NCBI GenBank assembly: GCA_964398175.1
Contig: CAYNLV010000001.1
Location: 1-47,176, forward strand
Origin: an uncultured Rhodospirillaceae bacterium
Lineage (GTDB): Bacteria; Pseudomonadota; Alphaproteobacteria; UBA9219
DNA: 47,176 bases
Reading direction: 5' to 3'
The translations under genes were made by a program, and so were the position numbers. A model generated the notes under the pieces. The model had not been told where the DNA came from, did no database searches, and saw only the letters and a list, made by a program, of their open reading frames with translations. Shown here piece after piece: positions 17,268-26,396 of the stretch (positions within the stretch are counted from its first letter, which is position 1; every line of letters begins with the position of its first letter).

Positions 17268-17957
17268 ATGCTTCGTTTAATCTTGATGTTTGTGATGATT
17301 TTCAGTTTCGGAAGTTTTGCTTCAGAAGTGCAAGGAGCAACGCCAGCACCCCTGGCTGAATCAAAAGTTGAAAATGGCAACCTTACCTTTAAAGTGCAGG
17401 GAGACACAGCCATTCGATTTTCATCGCAGGGCCAAGCATGCGATGCGACGGCTGAAGGTGCGATGCGGTTTAATTCAACAACAAAGGTATTCGAAGGTTG
17501 TAACGGAACAAATCAGTGGATGCCCTTAAGTCCGCCGAAGCGTATTATCTGTAGACATTTAATAAATCTGAGTGGCAGCGATGCGCACACTTATCCGAGC
17601 AGTTACGCGACAGGCACGATGGACAAAGGCTTGTTGATACGCCACAAATTTACGTCGGCTGAGTGCGGCGGCGGTGTTTTGCCTGATTCAACGTATGTCG
17701 GGTACCCTATAGCCATGATGGGTTCTTGCTCAGTGTTGGGAAAATTTGTTGTTTTCCAGAGAGAAGACTCGGCCACTGATTTTCCCGGATACTTTGCCGA
17801 GATTACAAATTGTGCGGGGGGGGCCGAATTCCGTGTCGTTTACGTTCAGTTTGACTACGGCTCTTCTCCAGCGGGGGCCGCGAGCCTCAGCGCGGGGATT
17901 GACAAGCTGGTGGCGGATCATATTACGGCAGGCTTGCTCGCCTATATCGATAAGTAG
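17268..17957 (+). CDS. Hypothetical secreted protein (cysteine-containing)
   Basis: Signal peptide MLRLILMFVMIFSFGSFASEVQG. RBS aagggg. It carries the motif CDATAEGAMRFNSTTKVFEGCNGTNQW. I recognised no family. Confidence 0.6.
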   Translation: MLRLILMFVMIFSFGSFASEVQGATPAPLAESKVENGNLTFKVQGDTAIRFSSQGQACDATAEGAMRFNSTTKVFEGCNGTNQWMPLSPPKRIICRHLINLSGSDAHTYPSSYATGTMDKGLLIRHKFTSAECGGGVLPDSTYVGYPIAMMGSCSVLGKFVVFQREDSATDFPGYFAEITNCAGGAEFRVVYVQFDYGSSPAGAASLSAGIDKLVADHITAGLLAYIDK

Positions 17958-17962
17958 CCTTT

Positions 17963-19660
17963 TTACTGAACCCGAATAATCCCTAGCTTCGCTAGCCACC
18001 CCAGCGTGCGCCAAAGACGTGAAGTGTCGAGGGCGAGAAACTGCTGGTGTACTTCGCCGATGGTTGAGCGGCCTTGGGTGCCTATCCAGTTGAGTATCGC
18101 CGCCACGTCTTCGGCCCCGACCATCATATCAAAGGCCAGCACGTTCATCTCGTGCCCCCACAGCAACTTTATTTCTTCGGCCGAAGCGATGACGCCGATG
18201 CGATCCGAATCCTTCAGTGCCGACGACGGAAACGCGCTGTAAAGCGTGAAAGGATCGGGCGCTCGTGGCGGAATAGCCGGCCACTTTTCCCAGCTCTTTG
18301 AATCGGATTGCGCGGTGCGGCGTTGCGCGGCCAATTCATCCCAGAGCGCTTCGTAAGCGGGAATAATCGTGCGCCAGTCGTAATTGGGGAGGCGCTGTTT
18401 CGCTTTGTCGGCTATGCGGCGACGGAGATCCGGGTTTTCGATCAGGGCCACAAGCGCCTCAGCGGCCATATTATGATCGACGGCAACCGACAGCGCCGTC
18501 TTGGCCAAAAACCCGCCATATAATTCGCGCTTGCCGAGCAGCACAGCGGATAAATCGCCACCGGCTCCGGGCGGAGGTTGAATAGTGCGGACGAGAAAAC
18601 CGTCTTCGCCTTGTTGAACGCTGTCGCGGTAACCATCCCAATCGCTGAGAACGCGCGGCAGTCCCGCCGCAATGGCTTCGATTGGCGTAAGCCCGAAACT
18701 TTCCTGCATATTGTCGATGAGTGACAAGAAAATATCGCCTGCCGCCCAAAGACCGTCAGGAAAACGCGGATCGTTGTTGGCGATGAACGAGACTTTCGCT
18801 GTCGGACAAAAATCGCGCGCTAAATCCTGAAACTGTTTGGCGGCGTTTTCCGGCACGAAATAGCCCACCATAAGAAAATGCACGCGCGCGTTTGTGCGTT
18901 TCGCGGCAGCTTCCACGGCGCGGAACATAGCCAGCGGATGCGCCTTGATCACATGGCTCAGGCGCCCGACCCACAGTACGGCAATGTCTTTTTCGCCCAA
19001 GCCAAGCTGCGCGCGCTGCGCGGCGCGTTTTTCCGGCGTGGCTTTTGCGGCCATGCGTTCGGCGTCGATGCCAAGCGGTATGATCGGCAACTGAACGGGG
19101 CAACGATACTTTGCGCCGAAACGCCGCTCGATATAGTCCGCGTAAATGTCCCAGAAAGTACGGATCGTGGCTTGTATCGCGCGGGAAGGACAAATGATCG
19201 CGTCGGTAGCCTCGGACGGCCCGAGACAATATTTCTCGAGCACTTCGCCGCCTTCAAGTCCCGCGATGGCGTGGGAAAGGCCGCAGAAAGAAAAATTGAT
19301 ATTGGGCGCGAGACATCGTTGCCACAACAGATCGTGCGGGTCGGAATCGGCCCGGAAAATGGCGCTGAACTTGTCAAAGTTCTCTTTCGGAAAGCGGCCG
19401 TCATAAGCGATGAGCCGCGCCGGATCGACACCGGCGCTTAGCGCCGCATCCTTCGCTTCTTCCAAGCTTTGCGCGTCGCTGATGAGGAGGGGGAATGTTT
19501 CCTGATGGCTGTAGCGCAGATACGCCTTTAACCAATCCAGCACCGCCACTTGAAGGCCGTATATTTTCCCGGCTTCAGGCGGCGTCTTGACGGAACTGTA
19601 ATGGATGGCGACAGGCATGAGCAGTAGATATACCCAATATTTCCTCCAATCGCGAAGCAC
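17963..19660 (-). CDS. Glycosyltransferase, GT4/GT-B fold, with extra N- and C-terminal regions
   Basis: The core reads VGRLSHVIKAHPLAMFRAV...HFLMVGY...SLIDNMQESFGLTPIEAIAAGLPRVLSDWDGYRDSV..GEDGFLV (the EX7E-type region). The C-terminal ~60 aa (GRSTIGEVHQQF...LWRTLGWLAKLGIIRV) look winged-helix-like. The start may be the internal MPVAIHY, because the divergent spacer to recO is only 24 bp. Confidence 0.75.
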   Translation of the reverse strand: MLRDWRKYWVYLLLMPVAIHYSSVKTPPEAGKIYGLQVAVLDWLKAYLRYSHQETFPLLISDAQSLEEAKDAALSAGVDPARLIAYDGRFPKENFDKFSAIFRADSDPHDLLWQRCLAPNINFSFCGLSHAIAGLEGGEVLEKYCLGPSEATDAIICPSRAIQATIRTFWDIYADYIERRFGAKYRCPVQLPIIPLGIDAERMAAKATPEKRAAQRAQLGLGEKDIAVLWVGRLSHVIKAHPLAMFRAVEAAAKRTNARVHFLMVGYFVPENAAKQFQDLARDFCPTAKVSFIANNDPRFPDGLWAAGDIFLSLIDNMQESFGLTPIEAIAAGLPRVLSDWDGYRDSVQQGEDGFLVRTIQPPPGAGGDLSAVLLGKRELYGGFLAKTALSVAVDHNMAAEALVALIENPDLRRRIADKAKQRLPNYDWRTIIPAYEALWDELAAQRRTAQSDSKSWEKWPAIPPRAPDPFTLYSAFPSSALKDSDRIGVIASAEEIKLLWGHEMNVLAFDMMVGAEDVAAILNWIGTQGRSTIGEVHQQFLALDTSRLWRTLGWLAKLGIIRVQ

Positions 19661-19684
19661 AACTTTTCGTGCTAGGGTTTACGT

Positions 19685-20452
19685 ATGGAATGGATAGATG
19701 AAGCGATTCTATTATCGGCGCGGCCGCATGGCGAAACGGCGGCTATCGTCACTTTGCTGACGCTTCAGCATGGGCGGCACGCGGGGCTTGTGCAGGGCGG
19801 GCAGGGGCGGAGCAAGCAAAGCCTTTTGCAGCCCGGCAACCATGTCAAGGCGCGGTGGCGCGCACGGCTGCTCGATCACTTGGGCAATTATTCGCTGGAG
19901 GTTGTGACTTCGCACGCCGCGCCGTGGTTTGACCATCCGGAGGTTCTGTCCATCATCGCGAGTGCGTGCGCCATAACGGAAGCCGCGTTGCCCGAGCGCC
20001 AGCCAATGCCCGGCGTTTATGCGGGCTTGCGGGCGCTTCTGAGTTGGCCCGATCCTGAACTTTGGGCTCCGGCCTATGTGAAATGGGAAACGGAACTTTT
20101 GCGCGCGCTGGGTTTCGGACTTGACCTGTCGCAATGCGCCGCAACGGGAACGACGGAAAATCTCAGCCATGTCAGTCCGCGCACGGGCCGCGCTGTCTCG
20201 CGCGAGGCGGCCACGCCGTACAAAGATAAATTGTTTAAACTGCCCGCGTTTTTGTGCGGCATGGCGGAAGAATGGACGATGGAAGATATTGTGAACGGTC
20301 TCGACATGACCGGGCATTTTCTGACGCGGCACGTGTTCGCGCACAATCATGGCCGCGCGCCGGGAGCTCACGATCTTCCGCCGGCAAGGGAGAGGTTGGT
20401 GGAATTTTATCGCAAGGATGCCGGCTTTGATCAGGTGAACGCCAAGACGTGA
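19685..20452 (+). CDS. recO: DNA repair protein RecO
   Basis: MEWIDEAILLSARPHGETAAIVTLLTLQHGRHAGLV is the typical RecO OB-fold N-terminus. The 255-aa length fits. A C-terminal Cys/His-poor alphaproteobacterial-type helical domain is present. Confidence 0.85.
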   Translation: MEWIDEAILLSARPHGETAAIVTLLTLQHGRHAGLVQGGQGRSKQSLLQPGNHVKARWRARLLDHLGNYSLEVVTSHAAPWFDHPEVLSIIASACAITEAALPERQPMPGVYAGLRALLSWPDPELWAPAYVKWETELLRALGFGLDLSQCAATGTTENLSHVSPRTGRAVSREAATPYKDKLFKLPAFLCGMAEEWTMEDIVNGLDMTGHFLTRHVFAHNHGRAPGAHDLPPARERLVEFYRKDAGFDQVNAKT

Positions 20453-21045
20453 GTTTGGACAGAATTATTTAAAGTTTTTCCATCGGGCGGCGCAGGACGT
20501 TTCAAATCAAGAACCGTCTTTTGTTCCGGGGTCGGCGTGCAAAAACCAGACTTTTTAATCATCGTGGACATATAAGTTCCAAACGAGCTTTCGGAACAAT
20601 CCTCAAGAAATTGCTCATCAAGAAGCCAGCCCAATGAAGCATCCACCATCTGCAAGTGTTCGCAAGAAGGATCTCGCCTATCTGAATAGAAGAAGAACGT
20701 CAGCCTGGGTTTTGTTGCAGACTCGTGTTGTGAGAGGTTAAGAGGAACAATGGCAACGCTCTCCCCAAAGCTTGAATCGCCAAGAATAATAATGCCTTGG
20801 ATGCGTTTATTTTTTTCAAGCGTAATAATTTTAATCTCAGAAAGCCGGAAGTAGCCTTTACTCTTATCAGCAAAATTCAAAAAGCCATATTGTATAAATT
20901 CCATAAAGTCAGGTTCGCAATTTTTACTGATTTCTTTGAAGGCTTCTGAAAGATCGGCATACGCCTTAGGATAGGTTTCTTCAAACGCGGGCGAAAACTT
21001 GAAGATTTCTTTGAAAAACTCTTCGTTTAACTCTATTTTTTCCAT
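20431..21045 (-). CDS. Hypothetical protein, low-GC orphan
   Basis: I chose the ATG at 21045 (GGAAAGGA upstream) over the TTG at 21066. The protein starts MEKIELNEEFFKEIFKFSPAFEETYPKAY... and I recognised no motif. The sequence is visibly more AT-rich than flanking recO and parC. Its 3' end overlaps the recO 3' end by 22 nt (convergent). Confidence 0.55.
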   Translation of the reverse strand: MEKIELNEEFFKEIFKFSPAFEETYPKAYADLSEAFKEISKNCEPDFMEFIQYGFLNFADKSKGYFRLSEIKIITLEKNKRIQGIIILGDSSFGESVAIVPLNLSQHESATKPRLTFFFYSDRRDPSCEHLQMVDASLGWLLDEQFLEDCSESSFGTYMSTMIKKSGFCTPTPEQKTVLDLKRPAPPDGKTLNNSVQTHVLAFT

Positions 21046-21219
21046 AATCGTATCCTTTCCAAACAATCATTAACTAGTCTATGCGAAAATAAACAAGGCA
21101 TGCAATCATTTACATTAGGAAAGAGCAAGGCTAAAGTATGGTTAATTTCTTTTGTGGGAATGTATCCAGTAAACTCTTATGTTTGAACACAGGCAAAATA
21201 TGATTCTTGATCTTAATTC

Positions 21220-23466
21220 ATGACGCGTACCTCAACCAAAACCCGCACCCCTGCCGAGCCGCCGCAGCCAATCGTTGACAAGAAACTGTCCGAGGCTTTG
21301 TCGGAGCGTTACCTGTCCTACGCGCTGTCCACCATCATGGCGCGGTCGCTGCCGGATGTGCGCGATGGTATGAAGCCGGTGCATCGGCGTCTGCTTTACG
21401 CGATGCGCGAATTGAAGCTGGAGCCCAACCTGCCGCCAAAGAAATCGGCGCGCGTCGTTGGCGACGTGATCGGCAAGTTCCATCCGCATGGCGATACGGC
21501 TGTGTACGAAGCCCTTGTGCGCTTGGCGCAGGATTTTTCGCAACGCTACCCGCTCATCGAAGGGCAGGGCAATTTCGGCAACATCGACGGCGATAGCGCG
21601 GCGGCGATGCGCTACACCGAAGCGCGCCTGACCGAAGTCGCGCGCCTGCTGCTCGATGGCATCGACGAAGACGCGGTGGCGTTTCGCGCGACGTACGACA
21701 GCAGCGGGACGGAGCCTGCCGTGCTTCCGGCGGCGTTTCCCAATCTGCTGGCGAACGGGGCGGCGGGCATTGCCGTCGGCATGGCCACATCCATCCCGCC
21801 GCATAACGTGAGCGAGCTTTGCGACGCGATGCGCCATCTCATCCAGCATCCGAACGCGACGATGGATAAAATCGTCGCCTTCGTTCCCGGGCCTGACTTT
21901 CCGACGGGCGGCGTTCTCGTCGAAGGCCGCGAGGCGATTGTCGAAGCCTATAAAACGGGGCGCGGCTCGTTCCGCCTCCGCGCGAAGTGGGAAAAGGAAG
22001 AACTGCGCCAGGGCATGTGGCAAATCGTCGTGACGGAAATTCCGTATCAGGTGCAAAAGTCGCGCCTGATCGAAAAAATCGCCGAGCTTCTGGCGGCGCG
22101 CAAGCTGCCGATGCTGGACGACGTTCGCGACGAGTCCGCGGACGACGTGCGCCTGATCCTCGTGCCGAAAAGCCGCAACGTCGATCCGGCCGTGCTGATG
22201 GAATCCCTGTTCCGGCAAACGGAACTGGAGTCGAAAATCCCGCTCAACCTCAACGTGCTGGACAAGGAAGGCGTGCCGCAGGTGATGGACTTGCGCCGCG
22301 CGTTGCAGGCGTATCTCGACCACCGGCAGGACGTGTTGGTGCGCCGCTCGAAGCATCAGTTGGCGCAAATCGAAGCGCGGCTTGAAGTGTTGGCGGGTTA
22401 TCTGATTGCATATCTCAATCTCGACAAGGTCATCAAGATTATACGCACGGAAGACGAGCCGAAGCCCGTGTTAATGAAAACATTCAAACTGACCGAAGTG
22501 CAGGCCGAAGCCATCTTGAATATGCGTCTGCGCAGTCTTCGCAAGCTGGAGGAAATGCAGATCAAGGGCGAGCAGAAAGAACTTTCCGGCAAACAAGCGG
22601 AATTGAAAAAGCTGCTTAAGGACGAAGGTTTGCGCTGGCAGAAGATTGATAAAGAGCTTGCCGATCTTAAACAGAAATTCGGCAAGGCGACGAAGCTTGG
22701 CATGCGGCGCACGGAATTGGCTGAACCGCCGGCGGATATCGATGTTCCTGTCGAAGCCGTTGTCGAGCGTGAAGACGTGACGATTGTTTGTTCGGACAAG
22801 GGGTGGATCCGGGCCATGAAAGGCCATGCCATCGCCGTCGATACGATCAAATACAAAGAGGGCGATGAGGAACGGTTTATCCTTGAAGCCGAAACGACGG
22901 ATAAAATACTTCTTTTCGCGAGCAACGGGCGTTTCTACACGCTGGGCGCGGACAAACTGCCGGGCGGGCGCGGTTTCGGCGAACCCGTGCGCCTCATGAT
23001 TGACCTGCCGAACGAGGCGGAGATCGTCGGCATCGTGAAATATCAGCCGGAACAAAAGTTCATTGTCGCGTCGAACGACGGGCGCGGGTTTATCGTAAAG
23101 GCCGAAGACGTGCTGGCGCAAACGCGCAACGGCAAACAGGTGTTGAACGTGAACGGCAAAGGCCGCGCGGTCGCATTTGCGCTGGCGGGCGGCGATACAA
23201 TCGCGGTCATTGGCACGAACCGGAAATTGCTTCTGTTCCCGGCGGAACAGTTGCCTGAAATGACGCGCGGACGCGGCGTGATCCTCCAGCGTTACAAGGA
23301 CGGCGAACTGTCGGACGTGAAAAGCTTCAACATAAAAGAGGGCCTGACGTGGCGTTCGGGCGATCGCGAACGCACGGAAACGGATCTTCGCGCCTGGCGC
23401 GGCGAACGCGCGCAAGCGGGCCGTTTGCCGCCAAACGGCTTCACGCGCAGCAACAGGTTTTCCTGA
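21220..23466 (+). CDS. parC: DNA topoisomerase IV subunit A
   Basis: [48 protein letters not shown], and the active-site region [10 protein letters not shown]. The 748-aa length fits ParC rather than GyrA. Confidence 0.9.
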   Translation: MTRTSTKTRTPAEPPQPIVDKKLSEALSERYLSYALSTIMARSLPDVRDGMKPVHRRLLYAMRELKLEPNLPPKKSARVVGDVIGKFHPHGDTAVYEALVRLAQDFSQRYPLIEGQGNFGNIDGDSAAAMRYTEARLTEVARLLLDGIDEDAVAFRATYDSSGTEPAVLPAAFPNLLANGAAGIAVGMATSIPPHNVSELCDAMRHLIQHPNATMDKIVAFVPGPDFPTGGVLVEGREAIVEAYKTGRGSFRLRAKWEKEELRQGMWQIVVTEIPYQVQKSRLIEKIAELLAARKLPMLDDVRDESADDVRLILVPKSRNVDPAVLMESLFRQTELESKIPLNLNVLDKEGVPQVMDLRRALQAYLDHRQDVLVRRSKHQLAQIEARLEVLAGYLIAYLNLDKVIKIIRTEDEPKPVLMKTFKLTEVQAEAILNMRLRSLRKLEEMQIKGEQKELSGKQAELKKLLKDEGLRWQKIDKELADLKQKFGKATKLGMRRTELAEPPADIDVPVEAVVEREDVTIVCSDKGWIRAMKGHAIAVDTIKYKEGDEERFILEAETTDKILLFASNGRFYTLGADKLPGGRGFGEPVRLMIDLPNEAEIVGIVKYQPEQKFIVASNDGRGFIVKAEDVLAQTRNGKQVLNVNGKGRAVAFALAGGDTIAVIGTNRKLLLFPAEQLPEMTRGRGVILQRYKDGELSDVKSFNIKEGLTWRSGDRERTETDLRAWRGERAQAGRLPPNGFTRSNRFS

Positions 23467-23478
23467 CCCAACACGCGC

Positions 23479-25332
23479 TCATACTGGTTGCGGCGCGCGA
23501 AGGTGTGGCGCGAGCACAACTTTATGGCGCGGATTGCCGGGCAGGATAATCGGATAAACGTTTTCCTCCGTATCGATGCGGCAGTCCAGTAAGGCCGGGC
23601 CGGGATGCCCTAAAAATTCTTTCATCGTGGCTTTAAGCTCCTGCGGTTTCGAACAACGCAAGCCTTTCCAGCCATAAGCGCCTGCCAAGGCAATAAAGTC
23701 AGGCTGAATTTCCATCGAACTTTCGGAATACCGGCGGTCATAAACGAGTTCCTGCCATTCGCGCACCATGCCAAGACCTTGGTTGTTCAGGAGCAGAACC
23801 TTAACAGGCAATTTATACTGCGTAGCCGTTATCATCTCCTGCGCGTTCATCTGAATCGAACCGTCGCCGCTTACGCATACAACTGTCGAATCCGGATGAG
23901 CCAGTTGCGTGCCGATAGCTGCGGGCAAACCGAAACCCATTGTGCCGAAGCCGCCCGAAGTGATGAGCCGGTTGGGCCGTTCAAAACCATAATATTGGGC
24001 GACCCACATTTGGTGCTGGCCGACGTCCGTGACAATGAAGGCGTCGTTGAGGCGCGTCAGCGAATCAAGCTGCTGTATGATCGCTTGAGGTTTTAGCGTG
24101 TCTTGTGCGGCTTCAAAGCTTAAGGAGTCAGCGCGCCGCCACGCATCAATTTCCCGCCACCATTCCTGCTGAACGGAACGATCGAGAGCGTCTTTACGAT
24201 CTTTCAATTCCACAAGAAGATCATTCATGGTTCGTGAGCAATCGCCGACAAGCCCGACATCGGCTGGTATCAGTTTATTGATTGCTGCAGGGTCGATGTC
24301 GATGTGAATGATCTTCGCGTGAGACGCAAAACCATTGCATGTGCTTGTGATGCGGTCATCGAAACGCGCGCCGATGGCGATGATCAAATCGGCGTTGCAA
24401 AGGGCCATGTTGGCTTCAATTGTGCCGTGCATGCCCGGCATCCCCAGCCATTGCGGATCCGAAGCCGGGAAAGCGCCCAAGCCCATCAAGGTCGATGTGA
24501 CAGGAAAACCCGTTATTTCCGCGAATGTCCGCAAAAGCTTTGAGGCCTCCGGTAACCCTTTGGATTTCGATCGTTCATTCACGACGCCGCCGCCTGTGTA
24601 CAAAATCGGGCGTTTGGCGGCCGCTATCAGGGCGACGGCTTTCTGAATGTTTTCCTTGTGGGTAGCCGGATAATCGTCGGCTTTATCGCATAGAGCGTTT
24701 TGAACGATATCCCACTCGGATGGACACCTGTATAGGCCGTTCGCGGTTTGAATATCTTTCGGAATGTCAATCAAGACAGGGCCGGGACGGCCTGACCGCG
24801 CTACGTAAAAAGCCTCATGCAGAATTTGCGGCAAATCCTTTATGCCGCGAACGAGATAGTTCTTTTTTGTGCACGGTCTTGTGATAGACGTGATGTCGCA
24901 TTCCTGAAAAGCTTGCGTGCCGAGAAGATTTAACGGCACCTGCCCGGTTATGACGATAAGCGGAACGGAATCCTGAAAAGCGGTATGAATCCCAGTCAAC
25001 GTATTGGTTGCGCCCGGGCCGGATGTCACCAGAACAACGCCGACGTTGCCGGTAGAACGCGCATAGCCATCGGCAGCATGCACGGCGCCTTGTTCATGAC
25101 GCACCAGAATGTGGCGGACATCTTTTTGTCGTTTATAGGCGTCGTACGTTGGCAGGATCGCGCCGCCCGGATAGCCAAAAACGTACTTAACGTTATTTTC
25201 GGCAAGCGCCGTCCATACCATTTCGGCGCCGGTCATCTTGAGGGCAAGTTGAGATAAAGCCAGATGCGCTGGAAAGCCTTCGCTTTCAGGGCCATATGCC
25301 TTGGCTTCTTTCGTTTCCATTTTTTTCTCCAT
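23479..25332 (-). CDS. ilvB: Acetolactate synthase (acetohydroxyacid synthase) large catalytic subunit, biosynthetic type
   Basis: GYPGGAILPTYDA, HEQGAVHAADGYARSTG, SGPGATN, ThDP motif GDGSIQMNAQEMITA...LLNNQGLGMVREWQ. The second ATG at 25320 has the better RBS (GGAGA). No small-subunit gene follows; parC ends 12 bp away on the opposite strand. Confidence 0.9.
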   Translation of the reverse strand: MEKKMETKEAKAYGPESEGFPAHLALSQLALKMTGAEMVWTALAENNVKYVFGYPGGAILPTYDAYKRQKDVRHILVRHEQGAVHAADGYARSTGNVGVVLVTSGPGATNTLTGIHTAFQDSVPLIVITGQVPLNLLGTQAFQECDITSITRPCTKKNYLVRGIKDLPQILHEAFYVARSGRPGPVLIDIPKDIQTANGLYRCPSEWDIVQNALCDKADDYPATHKENIQKAVALIAAAKRPILYTGGGVVNERSKSKGLPEASKLLRTFAEITGFPVTSTLMGLGAFPASDPQWLGMPGMHGTIEANMALCNADLIIAIGARFDDRITSTCNGFASHAKIIHIDIDPAAINKLIPADVGLVGDCSRTMNDLLVELKDRKDALDRSVQQEWWREIDAWRRADSLSFEAAQDTLKPQAIIQQLDSLTRLNDAFIVTDVGQHQMWVAQYYGFERPNRLITSGGFGTMGFGLPAAIGTQLAHPDSTVVCVSGDGSIQMNAQEMITATQYKLPVKVLLLNNQGLGMVREWQELVYDRRYSESSMEIQPDFIALAGAYGWKGLRCSKPQELKATMKEFLGHPGPALLDCRIDTEENVYPIILPGNPRHKVVLAPHLRAPQPV

Positions 25333-25358
25333 CGTTTCTCGTCATTTTCGATTTGGGC

Positions 25359-25385
25359 AATAAAAAAGGCCCTTGAAAGGGCCTT
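25359..25385 (-). terminator. Intrinsic terminator hairpin of leader copy 1
   Basis: Minus strand AAGGCCCU-UUCA-AGGGCCUU followed by UUUUAUU. The stem is a perfect 8 bp. Confidence 0.6.
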
Positions 25386-25416
25386 GGGTGCGCGCTGGCG
25401 GTCGTGTGATCGAAGA

Positions 25417-25461
25417 TCACCCCGTGTCCAGCGCACACCTAACGAGCAGAATTATGTTCAT
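25417..25461 (-). CDS. Putative ilv leader peptide MNIILLVRCALDTG
   Basis: ATG AAC ATA ATT CTG CTC GTT AGG TGT GCG CTG GAC ACG GGG TGA, read directly. It contains an Ile-Ile-Leu-Leu-Val run. The SD is weak or absent. Confidence 0.5.
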   Translation of the reverse strand: MNIILLVRCALDTG

Positions 25462-25516
25462 TGGTCTTTTTTCATCCTCTGCAAAAAACCGGTTGTTTCA
25501 AAACAGTCTCCGTCGA

Positions 25517-26308
25517 TTACCTAGGCTCAGGCTTGGCGCCGCGCCTCGATGGTTTTCCGTTTGTCGCGTTGCCGTTTTCCCGGCGCGGGCAAAGGAAAGG
25601 CTTGAAGCCCTCAACGAGTTCATATTTCTTTGTCCCGGGATCGAACCTCAGGCCGTAAGCGCCAAGGCCCATAACGCCGTTGCCATAAAAATTTTTCCAT
25701 CGTTCTTCCATAGCCTCGCGTTCGGGTCTTTCCGCTTCTTCTTGAGCCACGGCTTTTTTTCGTTCCTTTGTAACCTTGTGAAGAAGCGCCTGGGCTTGCC
25801 CGAAGGTGAGGCGGACTTCCGTGCGGTCGGGCCGAAGGAAACACATTTTGCCGTCCTTGAAATTCATATGAAGCGCGGCGATGTTCTGGCCTTTCAGAAA
25901 GAAAGCTTTTCTGTCGTCAACGAGGGGAAGAGTTACGAATTCTTCACGGCCTCGTCCGCCGAGGCTGGCCTGAACGGGGCTTTCAAAAAGAGGGTTCGGG
26001 CTTTGGTAAAAATCGGCTTCGAAGGTAAAAACCCCCAGATTGGCGGTAACCTTCAGAGTGTCCCTTCCCAAATAGTCGTCGTAGCGCTCCATCCGGACTT
26101 CGGGCCAAAAGTGCGCTTTTCTGTTCCAAAGAGTCTCGTTCTGTGTGTCGAACGCGGCGAAAAGGCCGTCGTGAAATTTGTCGAGCGCTTCGCGGGAATC
26201 CGTAACGAGCGTGAGCGTGGGTTTTTTTACGGGCGCCTCGAACGTCATGGCATCGCCTCCCTGATCGTCGGGGCCGAAGAGCGTGGTTTCTACATTTAAC
26301 TTTGTCAT
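25517..26308 (-). CDS. Hypothetical protein (263 aa), preceded by its own ilv-type leader
   Basis: Strong RBS (AGGAGA 6 nt upstream of the ATG at 26308). The residue composition is balanced and protein-like, with a Lys/Arg/Glu-rich helix (KERKKAVAQEEAERPEREAMEERW) and a basic C-terminal tail. I recognised no family motif. The 308-aa ORF on the opposite strand looks like a shadow ORF. Confidence 0.65.
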   Translation of the reverse strand: MTKLNVETTLFGPDDQGGDAMTFEAPVKKPTLTLVTDSREALDKFHDGLFAAFDTQNETLWNRKAHFWPEVRMERYDDYLGRDTLKVTANLGVFTFEADFYQSPNPLFESPVQASLGGRGREEFVTLPLVDDRKAFFLKGQNIAALHMNFKDGKMCFLRPDRTEVRLTFGQAQALLHKVTKERKKAVAQEEAERPEREAMEERWKNFYGNGVMGLGAYGLRFDPGTKKYELVEGFKPFLCPRRENGNATNGKPSRRGAKPEPR

Positions 26309-26346
26309 CTTGTTCTCCTATTTTTTTCTCGCGTTAAATTCGGGCA

Positions 26347-26371
26347 ATAAAAAAGGCCCTTGGAAGGGCCT
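26347..26371 (-). terminator. Intrinsic terminator hairpin of leader copy 2
   Basis: Minus strand AGGCCCU-UCCA-AGGGCCU followed by UUUUUUAUU. Confidence 0.55.
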
Positions 26372-26396
26372 GGGTGCGCGTTGGCGGTCGTGCGAT

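Larger units (their letters stand above)
25355..25461 (-). promoter_or_regulatory. Candidate leader-peptide transcription attenuator upstream of the acetolactate synthase gene (copy 1)
   Basis: The minus strand carries a mini-ORF with five consecutive branched-chain codons. There is a 12-bp stem GGUGUGCGCUGG/CCAGCGCGCACC with its 5' arm inside the mini-ORF, an inner hairpin GUGAUC-UUC-GAUCAC, and then a terminator hairpin with a U-tract ending about 25 nt before the start codon. It is paralogous to 26345-26450. Confidence 0.6.

Noticed and set aside
19712-20371. 219-aa ORF antisense to recO
   Set aside because: It is a shadow ORF with Arg/Pro-rich composition. recO is well supported on the plus strand.
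21232-23415. Long antisense ORFs inside parC (378 aa, 314 aa, 175 aa)
   Set aside because: They are Arg/Ala/His-rich low-complexity translations, typical of the opposite strand of a GC-rich gene. parC has unambiguous topoisomerase motifs.
25373-26299. 308-aa plus-strand ORF covering the same interval as the 263-aa minus-strand hypothetical gene
   Set aside because: The composition is Arg/Phe/Ser-heavy and shadow-like. It has no RBS, and its start lies inside the leader/terminator element. The minus-strand ORF has a strong AGGAGA RBS and its own leader, so I call the minus-strand gene.
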